From NCBI GenBank assembly GCA_934096705.1, contig CAKOMR010000001.1, positions 53,364 to 117,363 of the forward strand: a stretch of 64,000 nt of DNA. The letters run 5' to 3'. Both the position numbers and the translations under genes were made by a program. The stretch is from an uncultured Bacilli bacterium (GTDB lineage: Bacteria > Bacillota_I > Bacilli_A > RF39 > UBA660). Shown here piece by piece: positions 50,897 to 58,718 of the stretch; position 1 is the first letter of the stretch; each line of letters opens with the position of its first letter. The notes below the pieces were generated by a model. It ran no database searches, was not told where the DNA came from, and saw nothing but the letters and a program-made list of their open reading frames with translations.

Positions 50897-51408
50897 TAGC
50901 GTTATGTATTCAAATATATTTTGCTAGAATTTTAGATGTTACATTAAATACCATAAGAACATTTTATACGTTAAAAGGAAAATCAATTATATCTACGATT
51001 ATTTCCTTTTTTGAGGTTTTAGTTTGGTTTTTAGTGGCAAGGGAAGCATTAAATATAAATTTAAATTCAGCGTGGATACCGATTAGTTATGCTCTTGGTT
51101 ATGCTACCGGTAATTTAATCGGTTCATTTATTTCTAATAATTATATCAAAACTGAAATAAATGTAACTGTCATTACAAAGAAAAATAATAATTTAATAGA
51201 TATTTTAAGGGATAATGATTATGAAATATCAATTATTGACTTAAAAAATAGTTTTGATAATATAAAAAAACAAATGCTTATTATTGAAACAAACAAAAAA
51301 GATTATAAAAGACTTGTTCATATAATAAAATCTTTTGATATAAACTCGTATATCATGGTAAGTGATATAAAGAAAATTGAAAAATATACCTTGGAAAAAT
51401 CATTTTAG
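50893..51408 (+). CDS. UPF0316/DUF2179-family membrane protein
   Basis: LNTIRTFYTLKGKSIISTIISFFEVLVWFLVA parallels the UPF0316 N-terminus. C-terminal DUF2179-like domain. Confidence 0.55.
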   Translation: MIALCIQIYFARILDVTLNTIRTFYTLKGKSIISTIISFFEVLVWFLVAREALNINLNSAWIPISYALGYATGNLIGSFISNNYIKTEINVTVITKKNNNLIDILRDNDYEISIIDLKNSFDNIKKQMLIIETNKKDYKRLVHIIKSFDINSYIMVSDIKKIEKYTLEKSF

Positions 51409-51445
51409 TGTGTTATCATAATTATTAGAAGATAGGGTATTAATT

Positions 51446-53638
51446 ATGAATAAATTAGATAAAAAAAGTTTAATTATTGTTATTTCATCAGTATTATTAA
51501 TAATAGCTGTTTCGGCAGTATCATTTGCCTTTTTAGGAAGTTTTCAAAGAACGCTTAATAATGCAAATGTAAATATCGTAGCTCAAAATGTTAATAATAC
51601 ATATTTTAATGTAACAAATAATGTATCATTTTCTTTAGATGTAGACCCAACAAAAATGAATGAAACAAATAATGGAAATTATGTGGCAGAAAATACGGCA
51701 ATACTCGATGTATCAATAAATCCAGCAGCAGATGGTTTAAGTGTCAAATGTACTTATGATATCATATTTGAATATGATTCATCTTCGAATATATACGGGG
51801 TAAGTCCAACCCCAGTAACCACAGGAGCAAGTAAAGAGCTTACTTTGCAAGCAATTGGGCCAAACGGAACAAGTGATTATTTTGAAGAAAAGAACTTTAA
51901 TTTAACAAGTAGGAAAAAAACAATAGTAAGTGGGGCAGAGATAGTAAATTCAATAGCAGATATGCCAACGACTCATAGATGGAAATTTGTAAATAGATTT
52001 TATAATCTAAATTTAGATCAATCAGCTCTAGCAAATAAATCATTTAAAGGAAGATATTATGTAGCAAATGTATCATGTGATAGATATGAAGATAATACAA
52101 TATATTCATTAATAAAAAATAGATATAAAAATAATGATACATATGTAAAACTATATAGTGAGTCAGATGCCAGCACATATGCAAATCCAGTATATTATTT
52201 TAATGGAGCAGTAGAAGATAACAATGTTCTTTTTGCAGGCTTTTGTTGGAAGATAGTAAGAACTACTGAAACTGGTGGAGTAAAAATGGTATATAATGGT
52301 ACTTTAATTGATACACCTAGTTCAGTAACACCTTTAGAAGAATCACAATATGTAAATGTAACTAATGATGCAACATATCCATATACATTTGATAGTACCA
52401 ATAAGACATGGACAAGTACAAATCATGATAATGATAAAACAGGAACAATAACTTTTACAGTTTCTGAGCCTGGAGATTATTATTTAAACTATACAGTGTC
52501 ATCAGAAACATGTTGTGATAAAGCAGAATTTTTAAAGGGTACTAACTCCCTAGGAAAATTCGCCAATTCGGGAACAATTGCTCTTACCGGGCTTACAACA
52601 TCAGATGTTATTACTGTAAAATATTCGAAAGATGGTTCAGCATCATCCGGAAGTGATAATGTAATATTTAGCTTAGGAAAAGCAATTGGTGAAGTTAAAA
52701 AATCATGTAATAACAGCGGTACAGCTACACAACTGGCAAGTACAAAAGCATTTAATAGTTCTTCTTCACCGGCATATGTGGGATATATGTATAACACAGT
52801 TTATAAATATTCAAGTAAGAGTATGTCATCACAATCAAATATAGTATTTGGAAATTCATTTAATTATAATAGTAATAATGGTACTTATACATTAACTGGT
52901 ACAAAAACAATAGTAACTTGGTCAAGTGGCTATAATACAATCAATAGTAATCATTATACATGTTTTACTACAGGAACAACATGTACATCACTTTATTATG
53001 TATATTATACAAATTCAAGTACTGCATATTATATAACGCTTTCAAATGGTAAATCGGTAGACGATGCATTAAATGAAATGTTATATGCAGATGATGTAAA
53101 TAAAACTGATAGTACAATAAAAGCATATATAGACACATGGTATAAAGACAACATGACAAGTTATACTGATAAACTTGAAGACACAGTATTTTGTAATGAC
53201 AGGACAATGTATAACCAATCAGCAAATGGATGGAATCCAAATGGAGGAAGTACAACAGAAACATTACGATTTAAAAATTATAATACCAATTATAGCTTAG
53301 CGTGTACAAATGAAACAGATAGATTTAGTGTGAGCAATAATAAAGCAAAATTAACATACCCAGTTGGTCTACTATCCGCACCGGAGGTGTGGCTAGCATA
53401 TAGAAATGCCAATTATAGTTCATATTATTTGAATACCGGTAATATGTACTGGCTTGCTTCCCCTATCAGCTTCAACAACAACAACGCCAGCGGCAGGTAC
53501 GTGGCCACCGCGGGTAACATAAGCGGCAGCAACGTCAGCATCATCAGTATGGAGGGCGTGCGTCCGGCCGTTTCCTTGAAGCCTGGCACCGGGTATACAG
53601 GTGATGGGTCGTATACAAATCCGTTCGTAGTAGAATAG
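51446..53638 (+). CDS. Large surface protein (730 aa): SipW-type signal peptide, TasA/camelysin-like N-terminal domain, and a C-terminal C-type-lectin-like domain carrying a DGR-type variable region
   Basis: N-terminus ...AVSAVSFAFLGSF. Homology to the 33469 ORF. C-terminus WLASPISFNNNNASGRYVATAGNISGSNVSIISMEGVRPAVSLKPGTGYTGDGSYTNPFVVE. The 3' end is strongly GC-rich relative to the genome and is repeated downstream with A-specific differences. Confidence 0.6.
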   Translation: MNKLDKKSLIIVISSVLLIIAVSAVSFAFLGSFQRTLNNANVNIVAQNVNNTYFNVTNNVSFSLDVDPTKMNETNNGNYVAENTAILDVSINPAADGLSVKCTYDIIFEYDSSSNIYGVSPTPVTTGASKELTLQAIGPNGTSDYFEEKNFNLTSRKKTIVSGAEIVNSIADMPTTHRWKFVNRFYNLNLDQSALANKSFKGRYYVANVSCDRYEDNTIYSLIKNRYKNNDTYVKLYSESDASTYANPVYYFNGAVEDNNVLFAGFCWKIVRTTETGGVKMVYNGTLIDTPSSVTPLEESQYVNVTNDATYPYTFDSTNKTWTSTNHDNDKTGTITFTVSEPGDYYLNYTVSSETCCDKAEFLKGTNSLGKFANSGTIALTGLTTSDVITVKYSKDGSASSGSDNVIFSLGKAIGEVKKSCNNSGTATQLASTKAFNSSSSPAYVGYMYNTVYKYSSKSMSSQSNIVFGNSFNYNSNNGTYTLTGTKTIVTWSSGYNTINSNHYTCFTTGTTCTSLYYVYYTNSSTAYYITLSNGKSVDDALNEMLYADDVNKTDSTIKAYIDTWYKDNMTSYTDKLEDTVFCNDRTMYNQSANGWNPNGGSTTETLRFKNYNTNYSLACTNETDRFSVSNNKAKLTYPVGLLSAPEVWLAYRNANYSSYYLNTGNMYWLASPISFNNNNASGRYVATAGNISGSNVSIISMEGVRPAVSLKPGTGYTGDGSYTNPFVVE
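53450..53575 (+). repeat. DGR-like variable repeat (VR) at the 3' end of the 51446 ORF
   Basis: 126 nt homologous to 53799-53918. Over the first 30 aligned codons there are 13 mismatches, and 12 fall where the downstream copy has adenine. Confidence 0.65.
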
Positions 53639-53679
53639 TGGAGTGGTAAAGTAGGTGCCAACACTTTATACTAGAAAAA

Positions 53680-53703
53680 CACCGGGAAAACCCTTTCCCG
53701 GTG
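53680..53703. other. GC-rich perfect hairpin (10-bp stem caccgggaaa/tttcccggtg, 4-nt loop) 42 nt past the stop codon of the VR gene
   Basis: Seen directly in the sequence. On the plus strand it is not followed by a T run; on the minus strand it is followed by TTTTTCT. Confidence 0.5.
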
Positions 53704-53798
53704 CGGCTGAAAAAACAACACGTAATTACAAACTGAATTTGGATTAAACATAATTTATGTTTGATTTAGGATTATATCGTATATAAGTGGACGCTTTT

Positions 53799-53918
53799 TG
53801 GCTTGCTTCCCCTAACAACTTCAACAACAACAACGCCAACGGCAGGAACGTGAACACCACGGGTAACATGAACAACAACAACGTCAACAATGCGGGGAGC
53901 GCGCGTCCAGCCATTTTC
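53799..53918 (+). repeat. DGR-like template repeat (TR): AAC-codon-rich copy of the VR
   Basis: Within its first 30 in-frame codons, 15 are AAC, against 6 in the VR. It is non-coding in context, although the frame runs to gaa-taa at 53919-53924. Confidence 0.6.
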
Positions 53919-54045
53919 GAATAAATTATTTAATTATTATTATAATTAAATAATAAATAATTTAGCTGAAATATTTAATATTTACAAATTTATCGTTATT
54001 TGTGGACAATTCTGATAAATGATGTTAAAATATTTATGACATTTT

Positions 54046-54072
54046 AAGTGGGCCTGCAATCCCACTTTTATT
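54046..54072 (+). terminator. Rho-independent terminator between the TR region and rimP
   Basis: aagtggg-cctgcaat-cccactt hairpin followed by ttattatt. Confidence 0.5.
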
Positions 54073-54094
54073 ATTAATTAAGAAGGTGATATAT

Positions 54095-54340
54095 TTGGAT
54101 TTTAGTAATTTAATGGAAAAAATCAATATTGCAGTTAAGGATCTTGAAATATTTGCATGTGATATTAAATATAAAAAGAAAGGCAAATATAATTTTTTAG
54201 AGGTAACTTTAGATAAAGTTGGTGGCATTGATTTAGATGAAATTGTTAAAGCAACTCATATAATTAATGAAGTAGTTGATAAATATTGTGATATTGAAGA
54301 AAGCTATATATTAGATATATCAAGTAAAGAAAGAGGTTAG
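54095..54340 (+). CDS. rimP: Ribosome maturation factor RimP, N-terminal domain only (C-terminal domain absent)
   Basis: NFLEVTLDKVGGIDLDEIVKATHIINEVVDKY..IEESYILDISS parallels the RimP N-domain through the LEVSSPG region. It stops 5 nt before nusA. TTG at 54095 is spaced after AGAAGGTGA; the track start at GTG 54086 overlaps the RBS. Confidence 0.55.
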   Translation: MDFSNLMEKINIAVKDLEIFACDIKYKKKGKYNFLEVTLDKVGGIDLDEIVKATHIINEVVDKYCDIEESYILDISSKERG

Positions 54341-54345
54341 ATAAA

Positions 54346-55458
54346 ATGAATAGTAATGAATTAATTAAAGCAATTAAGCTTGTAACTAAAGAAAAAAATA
54401 TTAGTGAAGATGTTATATATGATGGACTTACTTTAGCACTTACTACAGCATATAAGAAGAATTTTGATTCTAAAACTAATGTAATTGTTAAAATAAATCG
54501 TGAAACTGGTGAAATTAAAGTATTTTCTTATTTAGTAGTTGTGCCTGAAATTGATGAGGGTTCTGTAACTATAGATGAAGAAGGAAATGAAGTAAATGTT
54601 CCACCAGAGATTAATATTGATGCCCAAATACTTTTAGAGGATGCTCAAAAAATCGATCCAAAAGCAAAAATTGGTGACACTATTGAAAAAGAAGTTACTC
54701 CAAAAGATTTTGGACGTGTTGCAGCGGGAACTGCTAAACAAGTATTAACTCAAAAAATTAGAGAAGCTGAAAAAGAAAGTATCATTAATGAGTTTGCTGA
54801 TAAAGAGGGCGAAGTAATGGTTGGAATGGTTGCTATGGAAGACCAAAAAAATTATTACATTGATCTTGGTAGAACTCGTGGTATGCTTCCTAAAACTGAA
54901 ATTATTCCTGATGAAAAAATTACTATGGGTTCAAATATTAAAGTATATTTAACTAAAGTTACTTTAGGAGCTAAGGGACCAGTTATTATGCTTTCAAGAA
55001 AACATTATGGTTTTGTTAAAAGATTATTTGAACAAGAAATTCCTGAAATTATAAATGGAACTATTGAAATATATGCTGTTGTTCGTGAACCTGGTATTAG
55101 ATGTAAAGTTGCAGTTTATTCTACGAATGAAAGAATTGATCCAATTGGTTCATGTATTGGTGAAAAGGGATGTAGAATTGCAGGCATTTTAAAAGAACTT
55201 GGTAATGAAAGAATTGACTTAGTTTTATATAATGAAGATCCTGCTATATTTATTAAAAATGCTATGACTCCTGCTAAAGATGCAATTGTTAATATTTTAG
55301 ATGAAAAAGAAAAGAAAGCTTTAGTAATTGTAAATGATGATAATTTATCTCTTGCAATAGGCAAAAAAGGAAGTAATATAAAACTTGCTTCTCGTCTTAC
55401 ACATTATTATCTTGAAATTAAAACTCTTAGAGAAGTTAACGAAGAAGGAAATAAATAA
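54346..55458 (+). CDS. nusA: Transcription termination/antitermination factor NusA
   Basis: N-terminal domain, S1 and two KH domains, IGKKGSNIKLAS. Confidence 0.9.
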   Translation: MNSNELIKAIKLVTKEKNISEDVIYDGLTLALTTAYKKNFDSKTNVIVKINRETGEIKVFSYLVVVPEIDEGSVTIDEEGNEVNVPPEINIDAQILLEDAQKIDPKAKIGDTIEKEVTPKDFGRVAAGTAKQVLTQKIREAEKESIINEFADKEGEVMVGMVAMEDQKNYYIDLGRTRGMLPKTEIIPDEKITMGSNIKVYLTKVTLGAKGPVIMLSRKHYGFVKRLFEQEIPEIINGTIEIYAVVREPGIRCKVAVYSTNERIDPIGSCIGEKGCRIAGILKELGNERIDLVLYNEDPAIFIKNAMTPAKDAIVNILDEKEKKALVIVNDDNLSLAIGKKGSNIKLASRLTHYYLEIKTLREVNEEGNK

Positions 55459-55721
55459 TGAAAAAAATACCTTTAAGAACATGTGTTGTAACTAAAGAAA
55501 AATGTGAAAAACGTGATCTTTTAAGGGTTGTAAGAACTCCTGAAAAAACTGTTATTTATGACAAAACTGGCAAAAGTAATGGTAAAGGAGCATATTTAAA
55601 AAAAGATATTAATGTAATAAATAAAGCAAAACAAACTAAAATATTAGATAGAGTATTAGAAGTTAAAGTAGATGATAATATTTACGATGAACTATTAAAG
55701 GTGGCAAATGAGACCAACTAA
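55458..55721 (+). CDS. ylxR: YlxR-family (DUF448) RNA-binding protein
   Basis: KKIPLRTCVVTKEKCEKRDLLRVV...GKGAYL. Confidence 0.75.
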   Translation: MKKIPLRTCVVTKEKCEKRDLLRVVRTPEKTVIYDKTGKSNGKGAYLKKDINVINKAKQTKILDRVLEVKVDDNIYDELLKVANETN

Positions 55722-56229
55722 AGAAGAATATTATATGGCAATTGCTGAACTAGCTTCAATGAGAAGTACATGTCTTTCAAGAAAAGTTGGTGCAGTGGTT
55801 GTAAAAGATGATAATCCGATTAGTTTTGGATTTAATGGACCTGCAAGAGGAGTTACTCATTGTGAAGATTTAGGTGGATGCCGAAGAAGAGCAATGGATG
55901 ATTATGCTTCAGGAAAATATTTAGAATTATGTCCTGCCTCTCATGCTGAGCAAAATGCTATTGCTTTTGCAGCAAGACATGGTATATCAACTGTTGGAGC
56001 AACAATTTATGTAAATACATTTCCATGTAAAGATTGTATGAATTCAATTATCAATAGTGGAATTAAAAAAGTTGTCTTTAATAGCTCTTATGATGCAAAT
56101 TTATCAAAAGAAATTGTAAGTAGTGTTGATATAGAGGTTGTGAAATATGAAGGCAGAACACTGCAAGAATTATTAATTGAAACTGGCTATATTAAAATGC
56201 CTGATGAAGAAAGTGAAAGAAAAAGATAA
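55708..56229 (+). CDS. dCMP deaminase (ComEB-like cytidine/deoxycytidylate deaminase) embedded in the nusA-infB operon
   Basis: Zinc motifs HAEQNAI and PCKDCMNSI. The N-terminus parallels ComEB. It occupies the slot where L7Ae-like YlxQ usually sits. Confidence 0.75.
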   Translation: MRPTKEEYYMAIAELASMRSTCLSRKVGAVVVKDDNPISFGFNGPARGVTHCEDLGGCRRRAMDDYASGKYLELCPASHAEQNAIAFAARHGISTVGATIYVNTFPCKDCMNSIINSGIKKVVFNSSYDANLSKEIVSSVDIEVVKYEGRTLQELLIETGYIKMPDEESERKR

Positions 56230-56251
56230 ATAAAAGAAAGGATGGTTAACC

Positions 56252-58360
56252 ATGAATATTAAAGATTATGCAAAGGATGTAGGCTTATCAGTTGCGGAAG
56301 TACTTAGAAGGTGTAGTGAGTTAGGTATTAAAGCAGATAGTAATAGCGTATTAACTGATGATGATATCATTATGATTGATAACACTATTAATTTAATTAG
56401 TACTAATAAAGAAACTACTTATGAAGAAGAAGATCAAATTGATGATGTTGTTGAGAAAGTACTTCAAAGTGAAAATATTGATAAAACAAATTCACTTAAT
56501 TTAACTAATAAACAAAAACTTAAAAAGAAGGATAGTAAAGATAGCAGTGAATTTAAAAGTTTAAAGAAGCAAATGTATAAAAATAAGTCTAAACTTATGA
56601 GTAATAGTAAGGAAGATAATATTGTTATTTACGAAAATAATATGACTGTTAGTGATTTTGCTAATGCTTTAGGTATATCTGCTAACGATATTATTAAAAA
56701 ACTTATGAGTTTAGGTTTAATGCTTTCTATTAACGCTCCAATTGATTTTGAAAATGCTGAAATCGTAGCTCTTGATTATAATAAAACTTTAAAGAAAAAG
56801 GAAAGCCAAGATATAACTGATTTTGACAATTATGAGGTAGTAGATAATCCTGAGGATTTAAAAGAAAGACCTGCAATTGTAACAATTATGGGTCATGTAG
56901 ATCATGGTAAAACTACTTTACTTGATTATATAAGAAATAGTAATATTGCCTCTGGAGAAGCTGGAGGAATAACTCAAGCAATTGGTGCTTATCAAACTGA
57001 AAAAGATGGGCATAAAATTACATTCATCGATACTCCAGGACATGCTGCATTTACTCAAATGCGTGCAAGAGGAGCAAGTGTTACTGATATTGTAATTATT
57101 ATTGTTGGTGCAGATGATGGTGTAATGCCTCAAACTAAAGAAGCAATTGATCATGCTAAAAGTGCTGGTGTACCAATTATTGTTGCAGTAAATAAAATAG
57201 ATAAACCAGATGCAAACATTGAAAGAGTTTATACAGAAATGACTGAAGAAGGAATAACACCTGAAAGTTGGGGTGGAGATTATCCATTTATTAATATTTC
57301 TGCGAAGACTGGCGAAGGTGTTGATAAACTTCTTGAAACAATACTTGCTATTGCTGAAGTAAGAGAGTTAAAGGCTAATCCATCAAGGTATGCACTTGGT
57401 GCTGTTATTGAAGAAAAACTTGATAAAAATGTTGGTGGTATTGCATCATTCTTAATTTTAAATGGTACTCTTCGTTTAGGAGACCCAGTTGTAGTAGGTA
57501 CTACTTTTGGAAAAATTAGAACTATGAAAAATGATCGCGGAGAAAGCATTGTTGAAGCAGGTCCTTCAACTCCAGTAGAAATTACAGGACTTAATGATAC
57601 TCCTAAAGCTGGCGATAAATTTATGGCCTTTGAAACTATTGAAGAAGCTAAAAATGTTGCTATAAAAAGAAAAAATATTGAAAAAGAAAAGAGCAATGTA
57701 AAAAGAAATCTTTCTTTAGATGAACTTTTTGATAGCATTAATGCTGGTCAAAAAGAAATCGCTGTTGTTTTAAAAACTGATGTAAGAGGTAGTGAAGAAG
57801 CAGTTAAAAATGCTCTTGAAAATATTAAAGTTGAAGATGTTAAAGTAAAAGTTATCCGTAGTGGTATTGGACCAATATCAGAAAGTGATGTAGTTTTAGC
57901 AAGTGCAAGTAAAGCTATAGTGATTGGCTTTAATGTTGTTGCGTCTAACGATGCTAAAGTTATGGCTAAAGAATATGGAATTGAAATAAGACTATATACA
58001 ATAATTTATAAATTAGTGGAGGATGTTGAAGCTGCCTTAACTGGTATGCTTGATCCTAAATTCGAAGAAAAAATTATTGGAACTGCTGAGGTAAGACAAA
58101 TATTTAAATTTTCTAAAGTTGGTAATATTGCGGGTACTTATATAACTGATGGAATTGTAAAAAATAATGCTAATGTTAGAGTTATTCGTGATGGTAGAGT
58201 TTTAACTGAAACAAAAATTGCCTCAATTCAAAGAGGAAAAGATCAAGCTAAGGAAGTTAAAAAAGGCTTTGAATGTGGTATTACTTTAGAAAAATATGAT
58301 GACTTTAGAGAAAATGATATTTTCGAAGTATATGTAATGGAGGAAGTAAAACGTGCCTAG
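56252..58360 (+). CDS. infB: Translation initiation factor IF-2
   Basis: G-domain GHVDHGKTTLLD, DTPGHAAF, NKID, and a C-terminal beta-barrel domain. Confidence 0.9.
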   Translation: MNIKDYAKDVGLSVAEVLRRCSELGIKADSNSVLTDDDIIMIDNTINLISTNKETTYEEEDQIDDVVEKVLQSENIDKTNSLNLTNKQKLKKKDSKDSSEFKSLKKQMYKNKSKLMSNSKEDNIVIYENNMTVSDFANALGISANDIIKKLMSLGLMLSINAPIDFENAEIVALDYNKTLKKKESQDITDFDNYEVVDNPEDLKERPAIVTIMGHVDHGKTTLLDYIRNSNIASGEAGGITQAIGAYQTEKDGHKITFIDTPGHAAFTQMRARGASVTDIVIIIVGADDGVMPQTKEAIDHAKSAGVPIIVAVNKIDKPDANIERVYTEMTEEGITPESWGGDYPFINISAKTGEGVDKLLETILAIAEVRELKANPSRYALGAVIEEKLDKNVGGIASFLILNGTLRLGDPVVVGTTFGKIRTMKNDRGESIVEAGPSTPVEITGLNDTPKAGDKFMAFETIEEAKNVAIKRKNIEKEKSNVKRNLSLDELFDSINAGQKEIAVVLKTDVRGSEEAVKNALENIKVEDVKVKVIRSGIGPISESDVVLASASKAIVIGFNVVASNDAKVMAKEYGIEIRLYTIIYKLVEDVEAALTGMLDPKFEEKIIGTAEVRQIFKFSKVGNIAGTYITDGIVKNNANVRVIRDGRVLTETKIASIQRGKDQAKEVKKGFECGITLEKYDDFRENDIFEVYVMEEVKRA

Positions 58361-58700
58361 TTTAAATGTAAAAAGAGTGGAAAGTGATATTGAAAAATAT
58401 ATTCCAATTATATTGCAAAGGGAATGTCATGACGAACTTTTAAAAACTGTTACAATTACTGGATGCAAACTTGCAAAAGACTTTAGTTTTTGTAAAGTAT
58501 ATTTTACTTCTTTATCTGATTTAGATAAAAAACAAATTGAAAAAGAAGTTAATGAAGCAAGTCCATTTATAAGAGGAAAACTTGCATCCTTAATTGAAGC
58601 AAGAAATATTCCATTTTTAAAATTTACTTACGATGAGTCAATTGAATATGGAAATAAAATTGATGATATAATAAAACAAATTCATAGTAAAGAAAACTAA
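58353..58700 (+). CDS. rbfA: Ribosome-binding factor A
   Basis: RVESDIEKYIPIILQRE...TITGCKLAKDFSFCKVYFT. Confidence 0.8.
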   Translation: MPSLNVKRVESDIEKYIPIILQRECHDELLKTVTITGCKLAKDFSFCKVYFTSLSDLDKKQIEKEVNEASPFIRGKLASLIEARNIPFLKFTYDESIEYGNKIDDIIKQIHSKEN

Positions 58701-58718
58701 CTTTTTCATGGGGGTTAT

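Noticed and set aside
57280-57738. 152-aa minus-strand ORF
   Set aside because: It is antisense inside infB. It is spurious.
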